Source of the DNA: Patescibacteria group bacterium
Lineage (GTDB): Bacteria > Patescibacteriota > Saccharimonadia > UBA4664 > SCTI01
Direction of reading: 5' to 3'
Length of the DNA stretch: 64,000 bases
NCBI GenBank assembly: GCA_004297735.1
Contig: SCTI01000002.1
Span: 128,160 to 192,159, forward strand
This document shows positions 9,262 through 18,355 of this stretch, piece after piece; the first letter of the stretch is position 1; each line of letters begins with the position of its first letter. Position numbers and translations under genes: made by a program. The notes under the pieces were generated by a model. It did not search any database. It had not been told where the DNA came from and saw only the letters and a list, made by a program, of their open reading frames with translations.

Positions 9262-11592
9262 CTACCGCAGTTGGGCGTTAAACCGCTTTTTTAAGCGATT
9301 CTGAACGTTCTCTACCTCCGCCGCCACCTCAGCTTCGGTCAGGGTGCGATCGTCGCGCACCAGCTGAATACGCAGAGTTAACGACTTTTTGTCTGCCGGC
9401 AGGTCACTACCATAGTAGTCGCCGACAAAGCTAATGCGAGCATCCTTAAGCCCGGACTCTACCTCATCCTTGACCTGCTGCCAGGTAATATCACGATCAA
9501 GCAGCAGCGTCACATCACGCTCTACGCTCTGAAACCGACTCTGCATCCGATAAGTTTTGGTTTGAGCCTGAGCTACCACCGTATCCCAGCTGAGCTCCAT
9601 GTAGCCTACCTCGCCCTTCAACTTGTACTGCTGCACTAGACTCGGATGAAGTTGACCAATCAGACCGGCCAACTTGCCATTAACCATGACCTCGCCCGAC
9701 CGAGTTGGATGCGCAATATGCTTATCGTAAACCTTTGGCCGAACCACAACCGCAACATTGAACTCGCGCGCTAAACGGTCGAGCGCCGCCTTAACGCTAG
9801 CGTAGCCACCAGTCGGCCCAACCGTCATAACACCTAGCACCTGGGTCTCGGTTGGCAGCTTACCCTCACCTTGCTTAAAGTAGGCCTTTGAAATCTCAAA
9901 AATACCGTAACTTTTAGCGTAGGTTCGATTGCGCGCCATGGTGTTGAGATGGCTTGGCAGCAGGGTTTCGCGCAAGTAGGCCTGCTCGCTACTGAGCGGG
10001 TTCTGCAGCTTTAAAAAGTCCTTGGCATCCCAGCCCAGGCGCGCAATATCATCCTTGCTAATAAACGAGTAGGTCACCACCTCAAACAAGCCCAAAGATA
10101 GCAGTACCGCCTTAGCCTGCCACAGCTGGTTCCAGCGATTATCAAAGCTGGCTTTAGCGGGCCGCCAAGCCGGGATGGTAGCCGGCAGCTTATCGTAGCC
10201 GACCAGCTTGATCACCTCCTCGGCCAGATCCTCCTCCATGGTTACATCTGGCCGCCACCATGGTACCGATACGCTAACCGCGCCTTTAGTGCCTTCTTTT
10301 GCGCCAAAAAGCAGCTTAGCTAGTTCGGTGGTGACTTCCTTGGGCTTGAGGTTAAGACCCAGAAACGAGTTGATCCGCTCGGGGCTGGCTGTGACTACGG
10401 TTTGGGTCGGTTGCTGTTCGATAATATCGACTGGCTCACCTACCACTTCGGCATCGACCAGCTCACTCAGGAGCTTAACGGCAGCGTTTAGAGCGCGCGG
10501 CTGCAAATCAACTGGAATACCACGCTCAAACCGAGCTGAGGCATCGGTTCTTAGGCCGTGGCGAATGGCGGTCTTGCGCAAGCTGGCCGGATGGAAGCTG
10601 GCCGCCTCCAGCAGGATCTCGGTGGTACTGTCGTCGATTTCAGAGTTGCCTCCACCCATCACTCCGGCAATACCAATCACCTTTTTGGTGTCAGCGATCA
10701 CGATATCGGCTGAGTCAAGCTTGCGCTCCGTGCTATCAAGGGTCGTTAGTGTCTCGCCCTTCTTAGCCAAACGAACCTGAATGTCACCTTCGACCTTGCT
10801 GGCATCAAAGGCATGCAGCGGCTGACCGTACTCCAGCATGATGCAGTTGGTGGCATCAACAATTGGGCTAATTGAGCGCACACCCGCCGCCTGGAGGTGC
10901 TGCACCAGCCACTGCGGTGAACGCTTATCGGTCTTAACCTTAAGGCGAACCAGCATAAACCGGTTGGCCAGCCCCGTCTTGGCGATTGAGGCACCCTTAG
11001 TGGTTGAACTCTTTAATTGTTCAGGGTATTCCAGCTTCAATTTTTGGTCGGTTTGAGCGGCAACCTCACGCGCCACACCAATCACACTGTTGAGGTCCCA
11101 GCGATTAGCAGCGGTTTTTACATCAATCACATCATGTTGCTGAATAATGTTGTTAATTTTACTACTAATCTTGATGTTTGCTGGCAAAACCATGATGCCG
11201 GAGTGGTCGGAGCTCAGGCCCAGCTCAGACTCACTACAAATCATGCCGTGTGAGTGCACCCCTCTCAGCACCGCTTGCTCTATCTTGGTCCCATCAGGTA
11301 GTACCGCTCCGACCTGGGCTACCGGAACCAGCTGCTCCTCTTGAATATTGGGAGCGCCACAAACAATGCTTAGTGTAGATTTTCCTACATCAACCTGCGC
11401 CAGCTTTAACTTATTGGCGTTCGGGTGCGGCTCAAGATCTACAACCTTACCGACCACAATCTTGTCATCAAATGGCTTAGCTAGCAGCACCGCTTCAACC
11501 TCGACACCGGCTAGTTCCATGGCGTCAGCCAAGGCCTGCGTTTTAAGTGACTTGGTTAAAAACTTGTTAACCCACTCGGCTGAAAGCTTCAT
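9262..11592 (-). CDS. pheT: Phenylalanine--tRNA ligase beta subunit
   Basis: At 776 aa, it has a tRNA-binding N-terminus (MKLSAEWVNKFL...), B3/4 and B5 and an FDX-ACB-like C-terminus. The start overlaps the pheS stop as TAATG. Confidence 0.9.
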   Translation of the reverse strand: MKLSAEWVNKFLTKSLKTQALADAMELAGVEVEAVLLAKPFDDKIVVGKVVDLEPHPNANKLKLAQVDVGKSTLSIVCGAPNIQEEQLVPVAQVGAVLPDGTKIEQAVLRGVHSHGMICSESELGLSSDHSGIMVLPANIKISSKINNIIQQHDVIDVKTAANRWDLNSVIGVAREVAAQTDQKLKLEYPEQLKSSTTKGASIAKTGLANRFMLVRLKVKTDKRSPQWLVQHLQAAGVRSISPIVDATNCIMLEYGQPLHAFDASKVEGDIQVRLAKKGETLTTLDSTERKLDSADIVIADTKKVIGIAGVMGGGNSEIDDSTTEILLEAASFHPASLRKTAIRHGLRTDASARFERGIPVDLQPRALNAAVKLLSELVDAEVVGEPVDIIEQQPTQTVVTASPERINSFLGLNLKPKEVTTELAKLLFGAKEGTKGAVSVSVPWWRPDVTMEEDLAEEVIKLVGYDKLPATIPAWRPAKASFDNRWNQLWQAKAVLLSLGLFEVVTYSFISKDDIARLGWDAKDFLKLQNPLSSEQAYLRETLLPSHLNTMARNRTYAKSYGIFEISKAYFKQGEGKLPTETQVLGVMTVGPTGGYASVKAALDRLAREFNVAVVVRPKVYDKHIAHPTRSGEVMVNGKLAGLIGQLHPSLVQQYKLKGEVGYMELSWDTVVAQAQTKTYRMQSRFQSVERDVTLLLDRDITWQQVKDEVESGLKDARISFVGDYYGSDLPADKKSLTLRIQLVRDDRTLTEAEVAAEVENVQNRLKKRFNAQLR

Positions 11593-12605
11593 TAAAAATG
11601 CTCCAAGAAGTTAAGGTTTGGGCGCCAGAACTCGCGCACATCCGGCACGTCATGCTTAATGGCAGCAATTCGCTCCGGGCCAAAACCAAAGGCAAAGCCG
11701 CTGTACTTGGTTGCATCAATGCCAACATTGCGCAGCACTTGGGGGTGAACCATACCGGCGCCACCCAGCTCTAGCCAACCGGTGCCACTACAAGTCTTAC
11801 AGCCCTTACCAGCACAAATAACACAGGTCGCGTCCATCTCGACACCCGGCTCCACGTACGGGAAGTAGTTGGGGCGCAGGCGGACCTGAGTGTTCTCGCC
11901 CAGCAGTCCCTGCATCATGGCCATAAGTGTACCCTTAAGATCGGCCAAGGTGATTCCCTCATCAACCACCAACCCCTCAATCTGGTGGAACATCCAGACG
12001 TGGCGAGCGTCCTCATCCTCGTTGCGATAAACCTTACCTGGTGACACCACTCTAATTGGGGGTTTATTATCCTCCATAAAACGGATTTGCAGGTTAGAGG
12101 TATGGGTTCGCGGCAGGTTCCCACCCTCCAAATAAAAGGTGTCCTGCATGTCGCGGGCCGGATGACCCTCGGGAATGTTGAGCGCCTCAAAGTTGTACCA
12201 CTCGGTTTCGATCTCTGGGCCATCAATCACCTGAAAGCCCATCTGCCAAAACACTTTCACTGCATCATCAATTAAGCTTAGTACCGGATGAGCATGACCC
12301 CACTCGTTCGGCTTATCAACCGGAGCGGTCACGTCAACGGTAATGTTCTTAGCCTCAGCGTCAATCTGAGCGCGCTCAAGGTCTTGCTTGGCCGCGTTTA
12401 GCGCCGCCTCAATCTGCTGGCGCACCTCATTAGCATCGGCGCCGGCCTGCTTGCGCTGCTCTAGTGGGAGCGATCCAACCTCGCGTAATGTTTGCGTTAC
12501 AACACCTTGTCTACCGAGGTACTTTACCCGAGTAGCTTCAAGCTCTTGAGCGCTTGTTGCTTTTTTTACATCGGCAATAATTGCCTTAATATCAAGCTTT
12601 TTCAT
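11592..12605 (-). CDS. pheS: Phenylalanine--tRNA ligase alpha subunit
   Basis: It carries class II aaRS motifs (FPYVEPG...; ...GFAFGFGPERIAAI) and a typical pheS-pheT operon arrangement. Confidence 0.9.
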   Translation of the reverse strand: MKKLDIKAIIADVKKATSAQELEATRVKYLGRQGVVTQTLREVGSLPLEQRKQAGADANEVRQQIEAALNAAKQDLERAQIDAEAKNITVDVTAPVDKPNEWGHAHPVLSLIDDAVKVFWQMGFQVIDGPEIETEWYNFEALNIPEGHPARDMQDTFYLEGGNLPRTHTSNLQIRFMEDNKPPIRVVSPGKVYRNEDEDARHVWMFHQIEGLVVDEGITLADLKGTLMAMMQGLLGENTQVRLRPNYFPYVEPGVEMDATCVICAGKGCKTCSGTGWLELGGAGMVHPQVLRNVGIDATKYSGFAFGFGPERIAAIKHDVPDVREFWRPNLNFLEHF

Positions 12606-12970
12606 CGCTTTGCCACCATGTAAAACTCAATCAAGATAACAAACAGCGCCAGCAACAGAACATCTCGTATACTGAGCTGCTGCAAACTGCTCAAGCCCAG
12701 CAAAACTACCACGTAACCACCTAGCAGTAAGCCACGACGGACTGAGTTGGTAATTAACTGGTTTTTACTAGCTTTGGGGCGCAGTTTGCGCTCTGCCACA
12801 AAAGCTGCCACGGCAATCCAGCTAGCGAGGCCCACTAGCAGCGCTACAAACCATAGTGTAACCCCAAAAGGTCCGATTGCTGCCGGAGTGGTCGCTATTA
12901 AAACTAAGCCGCAGATAGCTAATGCGCCTGCTCCGGTTACCGATGCTGTTCCAATGTAGCCCTTGGCCAC
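12602..12970 (-). CDS. Small integral membrane protein with about four TM helices, function unknown
   Basis: A GTG start is preceded by GAGAGGTAAG as SD. It overlaps the pheS start by 4 nt. The sequence is highly hydrophobic (ALAICGLVLIATTPAAIGPFGVTLWFVALLVGLASWIAVAAFVA...). Confidence 0.5.
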   Translation of the reverse strand: MAKGYIGTASVTGAGALAICGLVLIATTPAAIGPFGVTLWFVALLVGLASWIAVAAFVAERKLRPKASKNQLITNSVRRGLLLGGYVVVLLGLSSLQQLSIRDVLLLALFVILIEFYMVAKR

Positions 12971-13076
12971 GCTTACCTCTCAATCTTTGATACCAATTAT
13001 GGCAAAAAGACCACCAGTAAGCAATTATGTTAAACTGACCGCAAGTGAGAGCACCCCACAACCAAGAGGAGTCGTT

Positions 13077-13874
13077 ATGGCGCGTCCGAAGAATGTACTC
13101 AACGAGGTCGAAGATCTAGACAGGATGCTTGAGGAAAACCAGGCTCGTCGAGCTAAGCTGGTCAAGCAGGTCATTGCGGGTGAAGCAACGCTCGGTGATC
13201 CTTTGAGCGACTTCGTCACCCGCCGACTTGAGGATTACAACGCCCAGATCATCAACCGCTACTTCTACCTACAAGAGCAGTTGGCGGCGCATCAGGGCGA
13301 GCTGGTTTTGATATGTCGCTGCTGGACTGAAGAGGTCACCACGCTACACGGTGGCCCCATCGACGGCAACCAGTCATACACCCACGTTCATACCGATCTA
13401 GTGATCGGCATCATCAAGGGCAAGCGACTGCGTATCGTGGAGGATTCGTTAAGGCTTGGGTTGGCGCGATATGTCGCTCGGATGCCAGCGCCCAGATTCA
13501 ATGATGCTGGATCGGTCAAATGGGAGCTTTTCCAGGGGAGTCTTAACCTCAACCTGGCCTCACACGGCGTAAGAGCTCAGAGTTGGCTGACCAGAAATGA
13601 GTGGGATTGGTCTCTTCCGCTTGATGAGAAAATCAACACCGCTGGATTTCGCGGCAACAGCATGTTCCCCCAAATGAGCACCTTCCCAGAGCAACCGCTC
13701 AAGCTGAGCATCGCTATCGGTGACGAAGCGGTTGACGCCTGGCTCGAAGAGCACAATGCTCTTATGCGAACCACCGGTCTGCAGCTTGAAACTGCCTTTG
13801 GGCTTCTCAAGCGGCCGTTCCCGCCCAATATGGCTGAGGTGCTCGAAAGACGAGCTGAGCGTCAGGGCTACTAA
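13077..13874 (+). CDS. Hypothetical protein with no recognisable family
   Basis: The ATG at 13077 has AGGAG 7 nt upstream. The track ORF start at 12963 would overlap the divergent membrane-protein gene. The sequence reads MARPKNVLNEVEDLDRMLEENQARRAKLVKQ... Confidence 0.5.
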   Translation: MARPKNVLNEVEDLDRMLEENQARRAKLVKQVIAGEATLGDPLSDFVTRRLEDYNAQIINRYFYLQEQLAAHQGELVLICRCWTEEVTTLHGGPIDGNQSYTHVHTDLVIGIIKGKRLRIVEDSLRLGLARYVARMPAPRFNDAGSVKWELFQGSLNLNLASHGVRAQSWLTRNEWDWSLPLDEKINTAGFRGNSMFPQMSTFPEQPLKLSIAIGDEAVDAWLEEHNALMRTTGLQLETAFGLLKRPFPPNMAEVLERRAERQGY

Positions 13875-13924
13875 ACGACCCCTCAGGGCTTCCCTAACGG
13901 AGGCCCTGAAACCGTAATTATTAA

Positions 13925-13958
13925 ATTTTGGCACGAAAAAGCACCCGGCACGGGTGCT
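13925..13958. terminator. GC hairpin (gcacccg-gca-cgggtgc) that gives a better intrinsic terminator on the minus strand (followed by TTTTT) than on the plus strand (TTTG)
   Basis: The plus strand reads aaaaagcacccggcacgggtgctttg, and the minus strand reads gcacccgtgccgggtgctttttcg. Confidence 0.45.
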
Positions 13959-14471
13959 TTGATAAATGCAACGTGTCGGGGCGACTAGGATCCGCCCAAA
14001 AGTATTACTTAGTTGGCGCCTGTCGCCCCGTTAGTAACCTTATGCTCTGAGTTAAGTTTTGGAGCACAAAGAAACTATTGTACTGATTGTCGTGGTAAGG
14101 AAAACTACGACAAAAGGTGCAATCACTACCATCTTTGTGGTATCTGAGATAGCTTCTGACCACGACGACATGATCGCGACCAAAACCTATCTCAGATCCG
14201 GCAAAGTGTTACCAACGATGTAACTCTTCTCAAACAGTAGGACCAGTCCGGAATTAGAAAGCAAGGGGGATACTCCTAAGTCCGGGCTGGTCCCACCGTG
14301 GATGGTGTGACAAAAAACGAGGTGCAATTGGTTTTCAAGGTTTGTCGGTCCAATAGTTCCGACTTGATCCAAGTCTAGCATAAGCACAATAAAAAAGTCA
14401 ACACTTACTCAAGAAAAATCTGTAGTAACTTTTACAACTTACACTTCTCTATCTGTAAAAATATCTAGGTT

Positions 14472-15476
14472 TTAGAGCAAGCCGAGGGTCGACTTAACCT
14501 GGGAGAGTTTTTCTTCGGCGATCACGGCGGCCCTTTGCCGGCCGGTTTCTAAAATAGCCAATAATTGCTCGGTATCGCTCATTAACTCGTCATGACGCCG
14601 CTGGATTGGCTCTATGTGTTCAACCACCGCGTCAGCGAGACCGCTCTTAAAGTCGCCATAGCCCTTGCCGGCGTACTCCTGCTCAATCGCGGACACCTTG
14701 CGGCCAGTAATGGCCGAGTAAATTTCGAGCAGGTTGGTGATGGCCGGCTTGCTCTCACCCCCCTTTACCTCGCTGCCAGAGTCGGTCACCGCTCGCTTAA
14801 TCTTGGTGCGCATCTCCTCAGGCGAGTCGGTTAGCAAAATGTTGCCCGACTGATCATCGTCGCTCTTACTCATCTTGCGGCTTGGATCCTGTAGGTTCAT
14901 GATGCGCGCGCCAGCCACCGGCTTGGTAGCTTTTGGTAGCACAAAGGTTTCGCCGTACAGGTTGTTAAAACGCTGAGCGATATCGCGGGCCAGCTCAACG
15001 TGCTGAGTCTGGTCGTCACCAACCGGCACCTCGTTGGCGTCATACAACAGAATATCGGCGGCCATCAGCGCTGGATAGGTAAACATACCGACGAGCTGAC
15101 CTTCGGCTCCACCCTTCTTGGACTTATCCTTAAATTGGGTCTGCCGATTCAGCTCACCCATGGTTACGTAGTTGTTAAAAATCCAGGCAAGCTCACTGTG
15201 GGCTGGGATCTGCGACTGGACGTACAGCGTTACCTTGGCTGGATCCAAGCCAGCGGCAATAAACCAGGCCGCGTTCGACAGCGTGTTGGTACGCAACTCG
15301 GTTGGGTCAGGGCGGCCAACCAAGCTATGCAGGGTGGGGATGAAAAAGAAGTACTCGGTGTCCTGTGGCGAGCCAGCGTCAGCTGGCTGCAGCGCCACCC
15401 ACGGCTTGAGGGCGCCAAGATAATTACCAAGTGTCAGATCGCTATTTGCACGGATGCCAGAAAGAATGCGCTTCAT
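14472..15476 (-). CDS. trpS: Tryptophan--tRNA ligase
   Basis: It has a class I HIGH-region TLGNYLG and a KMSKS motif (RKMSKSDDD). It is 334 aa. Confidence 0.9.
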   Translation of the reverse strand: MKRILSGIRANSDLTLGNYLGALKPWVALQPADAGSPQDTEYFFFIPTLHSLVGRPDPTELRTNTLSNAAWFIAAGLDPAKVTLYVQSQIPAHSELAWIFNNYVTMGELNRQTQFKDKSKKGGAEGQLVGMFTYPALMAADILLYDANEVPVGDDQTQHVELARDIAQRFNNLYGETFVLPKATKPVAGARIMNLQDPSRKMSKSDDDQSGNILLTDSPEEMRTKIKRAVTDSGSEVKGGESKPAITNLLEIYSAITGRKVSAIEQEYAGKGYGDFKSGLADAVVEHIEPIQRRHDELMSDTEQLLAILETGRQRAAVIAEEKLSQVKSTLGLL

Positions 15477-15485
15477 AAGCCAATA

Positions 15486-16544
15486 TTAGTCGTTTGTGTC
15501 GGGCTTGTCGACCAGAACCGGTTCAATTGCCGGCGTGGTCTCGGCGATCTTAACCACATCTTTATCAACCTTAGCCAGCTCTTTGTAGGCGGTGTTGTAG
15601 TGATTCACGGTGGTGCCAAGCGAGCCACCAAGCTTTTGCATGTAGGTCTCATGCGCTATGAGGTGCTTTCCAAGCTGCCCAACGTGCTTTTGGATATCCT
15701 TTGCCTTTTCTTCGATCTCTAAGCTTCTGAGGCCCTGTAGAACGGTCTGGAGGTAGGCCATGAACGAGGTTGGCGACACAATGATCACCCGCTTGTCGCG
15801 GAAGGCATACTCAATCAAGTCGCGCGCGTTGGTCTGCAGCGTACCAACTTTGTTAATCAGCAGATCATAATATACCGCCTCACTCGGGATGAACATGAAG
15901 GCAAAGTCCATGGTGTCTTCGTCCGGACGGATATACTTACTGGTTTCATCAATGCGCAGTTTCAGATCGCTCTTGATCGCCTTGATCAGCGCATCCTGGC
16001 GCGCCTTATCCTTCTCCTCAACCAAGCGGTTGTAGTTTTCCAGGCTGAACTTGGAGTCGACCGGCAGTAGCTTGCCGCGATCCAACTTAATCACCGCGTC
16101 AACAGTCTCACCGTCCTTAAAGCGGTGTTGCAGGGTGAACCGCTCCGGCGACAGCACGTTTTCAAGCACACTCTGCAAAAAGTACTCGCCCAGCACACCG
16201 CGCTGCTTGGGGTTCTGGAGGGTGTTTTGAAGCAGCTTGAGCTCGTCGGTGATGTTGAGTACTTGCTTATTACTCTCCTTGAGTTGAGTCAGGTCACGCG
16301 TCACCTCGCCAATCAGCTTACTGCTGGCCGCGAACTGCTGACGCACCGCCGACTGCATGGCGTCGTTCGACTTATCCAGACGCTCGTCCATGCGATCAGT
16401 CAGCTTGGCCAGCTGCTCCTGCAGGAGTATGAAGCTTTGATCCGGCTTCTGCTCCTCTGCCTTGGGCTTGCGCTGAGTCACCACAAATGCGGCCGATCCA
16501 ATCACCGCCACCGCTACTATTACCGCTGCTACTATCAGTTCCAT
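15486..16544 (-). CDS. rmuC: DNA recombination protein RmuC family
   Basis: There is an N-terminal TM followed by coiled-coil. The C-terminal motifs MFIPSEAVYYDLL and RVIIVSPTSFMAYLQTV match the RmuC domain. Confidence 0.75.
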   Translation of the reverse strand: MELIVAAVIVAVAVIGSAAFVVTQRKPKAEEQKPDQSFILLQEQLAKLTDRMDERLDKSNDAMQSAVRQQFAASSKLIGEVTRDLTQLKESNKQVLNITDELKLLQNTLQNPKQRGVLGEYFLQSVLENVLSPERFTLQHRFKDGETVDAVIKLDRGKLLPVDSKFSLENYNRLVEEKDKARQDALIKAIKSDLKLRIDETSKYIRPDEDTMDFAFMFIPSEAVYYDLLINKVGTLQTNARDLIEYAFRDKRVIIVSPTSFMAYLQTVLQGLRSLEIEEKAKDIQKHVGQLGKHLIAHETYMQKLGGSLGTTVNHYNTAYKELAKVDKDVVKIAETTPAIEPVLVDKPDTND

Positions 16545-16663
16545 GTCATTAAGTGTACGGTATTCGTTCGGTTATGTCACGATTTTTGAACTGGAATTTT
16601 TACCATTGCCAGCGCAATCCGGCGGGTGGATAATGCAGGTATTCCCGACCAAAGGAGCACCTT

Positions 16664-16945
16664 TTGAGTGAACCGATCTGCACCAACTGCGGCGCCTACG
16701 ACCCGAACATCTTCAACGCCCCTTGCCCTAACTGCGGACAGGAGCCAGAAGACCAGCGGGCCGAGGTTCTGATTCAGCCCCCTCCTACATCAGAGCCCAC
16801 CCCAGCCGCAAAGTCTCCGCCCAAACCCAAACCCGCCAATTCGCGGCGGCGAAATCCCGGCTGGATCGCAAATGGCTCTCGTAGGGCAGCCTCAGCTCGA
16901 GGCCCGACCCGAGGTGAACGAGGCAGCGACCCGTCCACCCAGTAA
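16664..16945 (+). CDS. Small zinc-ribbon protein (CxxC...CxxC) with a Pro-rich basic tail
   Basis: The N-terminus is MSEPICTNCGAYDPNIFNAPCPNCGQEPE. A strong hairpin terminator follows. Confidence 0.45.
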   Translation: MSEPICTNCGAYDPNIFNAPCPNCGQEPEDQRAEVLIQPPPTSEPTPAAKSPPKPKPANSRRRNPGWIANGSRRAASARGPTRGERGSDPSTQ

Positions 16946-16973
16946 CACCCCATTGCATCTTGCATTGGGGTGT
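16945..16973 (+). terminator. Intrinsic terminator hairpin, 13-bp perfect stem
   Basis: The sequence is acaccccattgca-tct-tgcattggggtgt, followed by ttcagctctt. Confidence 0.5.
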
Positions 16974-17025
16974 TCAGCTCTTATCTAGCCATCAATAACT
17001 CAATGCGGTATCATTCATCTGTTGT

Positions 17026-17102
17026 CGGGGTGTGGCGCAGTTGGCTAGCGCGCAGCATTCGGGTTGCTGAGGTCGGAGGTTCAAGTCCTCTCACCCCGAC
17101 CA
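17026..17102 (+). tRNA. tRNA-Pro (anticodon CGG)
   Basis: The sequence is CGGGGTGTGGCGCAGTTGGCTAGCGCGCAGCATTCGGGTTGCTGAGGTCGGAGGTTCAAGTCCTCTCACCCCGACCA. It has a 7-bp acceptor, anticodon loop TTCGGGT and an encoded CCA. Confidence 0.9.
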
Positions 17103-17241
17103 GCACTTATAATTCTGTCAAAACTGATTGACTTTTAATGCTTCTTATGGTAACATTCGGGAATATTCAGCGGTGTTGTTTATCTGTTGAATAAGCAAAG
17201 CGGCCCCGGCCGCACAACCACAACTGGAGGTAGCCGCCATC

Positions 17242-17508
17242 ATGGCACGCTTCAAGATCGCCGTCCGACTTCTGGATGGCGAGCAGCAGCTCCCGGATCC
17301 CCTCGGTGGGAACGAGCTCACGCGTCGCGTGAGGCCGAACAGCTCAGCCGACCTCACCGAGATGGAGAAGATGGGCCTCACCGGGATCAGCGAGGCTGAG
17401 GCTCGGAAGCTGTTCTTCTCGCAGGTGACCACGACAACCGGCATCGGCTGGATCGAACGGCTCCCCGGGATCCAGCTACTCGGCTCGCGTCAGCTGACGC
17501 CGGCATAG
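17242..17508 (+). CDS. Hypothetical small protein (88 aa) in a markedly high-GC islet downstream of tRNA-Pro
   Basis: GGAGG lies 9 nt upstream of the ATG. An upstream TTGACT...(17)...TATGGT-like promoter sits at about 17145-17175. Local GC is about 63%, against about 55% in the surroundings. The antisense ORF at 17145..17444 is an equally long alternative. Confidence 0.35.
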   Translation: MARFKIAVRLLDGEQQLPDPLGGNELTRRVRPNSSADLTEMEKMGLTGISEAEARKLFFSQVTTTTGIGWIERLPGIQLLGSRQLTPA

Positions 17509-17531
17509 CAGTACAACCTCCCACCCACTTT

Positions 17532-17565
17532 GGGGCCCGTGTTCACGGAAAGAACGCGGGCCCCC
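17532..17565 (+). terminator. GC-rich hairpin (13-bp stem with 1 mismatch) after the high-GC small ORF
   Basis: The sequence is ggggcccgtgttc-acggaaa-gaacgcgggcccc. There is no strong U-tract. Confidence 0.4.
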
Positions 17566-17654
17566 TTCACGTTTATATACCTGAAGCCTATCTGGCTTAA
17601 TAATTCTTTAATATCAGCTTGATACTATCCAAAAGTCTGGTGAGTTCGTAGCAG

Positions 17655-17726
17655 GGGGCTACGGCTGGTGCCGCGGGCTGGCCCGCGATCTAGCCCTGTC
17701 GGGTTCGATTCCCGATAGCTCCACCA
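17655..17726 (+). ncRNA. 72-nt tRNA-like or tmRNA-like mini element with a 7-bp acceptor stem, canonical T-arm and CCA but no anticodon arm; a candidate tmRNA-derived remnant or mobile-element tRNA-like structure
   Basis: The sequence is GGGGCUA-CGGCUGGUGCC-GCGGG(CUGG)CCCGC-GAUCUAGCCCUGU-CGGG(UUCGAUU)CCCGA-UAGCUCC-A-CCA. The 5' GGGGCUA pairs with the 3' UAGCUCC. The ends resemble the resident ssrA (GGGGCUGAU... / ...GCAGCUCCACCA) but are not identical. Confidence 0.4.
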
Positions 17727-17732
17727 GACATC

Positions 17733-17765
17733 AAAAAAACAGCAGCGAAAGCTGCTGTTTTTGGT
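17733..17765. terminator. Strong bidirectional intrinsic terminator
   Basis: The sequence is aaaaaaacagcagc-gaaa-gctgctgttttt, a perfect 8-bp stem with a GAAA loop, flanked by an A-tract and a T-tract. Confidence 0.6.
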
Positions 17766-17845
17766 ACCAATCCCCCACGTTGCATGAGCAACCCGAGGTC
17801 CGCGAACCATTGGTATGATAATACTAGCCTATCCTAACCCCTTTT

Positions 17846-18355
17846 TCAACCAACAAACCAGAAGGGCTTGGGAATGCCGCGCCGAATCCGGCGGCGGGGT
17901 TTTGGTGGCGCAAAATTGCGTCGAACTATCTCTGGCCAGTTGGCTTTTAGCCACTTTTGCTGATCAAGGTAGAGCTGCTCTAAGCCGCGCTCAGCATACT
18001 CTTTACGCACCACCCCTCCAGCATGCGGATGCTTGTGTAACTGGTCTAAGGGCGAGTTAAAACCGTGTGAGTAATGAATTAGTTCATGCACCAAGGTCGA
18101 CTCAACCACAAAGCTGGGTATGGTTGGATCACGAAAAAGACCGTTCATAGTTATGATGGTGACGTTTGGTTCTTTGGGATCGAGTCGGATTGAACCTAGT
18201 TGGCGCTTAGCCCGTTTACCAAAAACAATCCTCACAATATTGGCTTGAGGCACTTCGCTAAAATAGCGGTCCCAGGTGTCATCGAGCAGCTGCTGCAGCC
18301 ATATTTCGTCTCTAACTTCAATATTGTTGTAATTATTACCTATCTGTTGAGTCAC
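17846..18355 (-). CDS. SprT-like or DUF45-type zinc metallopeptidase (HExxH), co-operonic with the UvrD-nuclease gene
   Basis: The motifs RQLGSIRLDP...TIITMNGLF...ESTLVHELIHYSH match the SprT-like domain pattern. The ATG overlaps the stop of the upstream gene by 4 nt. The C-terminus is basic (PKPRRRIRRGIPKPF). Confidence 0.55.
   Translation of the reverse strand: MTQQIGNNYNNIEVRDEIWLQQLLDDTWDRYFSEVPQANIVRIVFGKRAKRQLGSIRLDPKEPNVTIITMNGLFRDPTIPSFVVESTLVHELIHYSHGFNSPLDQLHKHPHAGGVVRKEYAERGLEQLYLDQQKWLKANWPEIVRRNFAPPKPRRRIRRGIPKPFWFVG

Noticed and set aside
12963-13076. Upstream extension of the 303-aa ORF to the ATG at 12963
   Set aside because: It would overlap the divergent membrane-protein gene and its SD. 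An ATG at 13077 with a canonical AGGAG is the more plausible start.
14040-14400. Possible SRP RNA or RNase P RNA (AAGTCCGGGCTGG and GTCCGGAA motifs)
   Set aside because: The motif order and pairing are incompatible with either family; UCC cannot pair after the GGAA loop, and the P4 halves are in the wrong order. A bona fide RNase P RNA exists at 49600-49990.
17145-17444. A 99-aa minus-strand ORF in the high-GC islet
   Set aside because: It overlaps the plus-strand 88-aa ORF, which has an SD and a promoter. Neither has homology, and only the plus one has translation signals.
17655-17726. Interpretation as a canonical tRNA gene
   Set aside because: Acceptor stem, T-arm and CCA are present, but the interior forms a single tetraloop-capped helix, so there is no 7-nt anticodon loop or D-arm. 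It is reported as a tRNA-like/tmRNA-like element instead.
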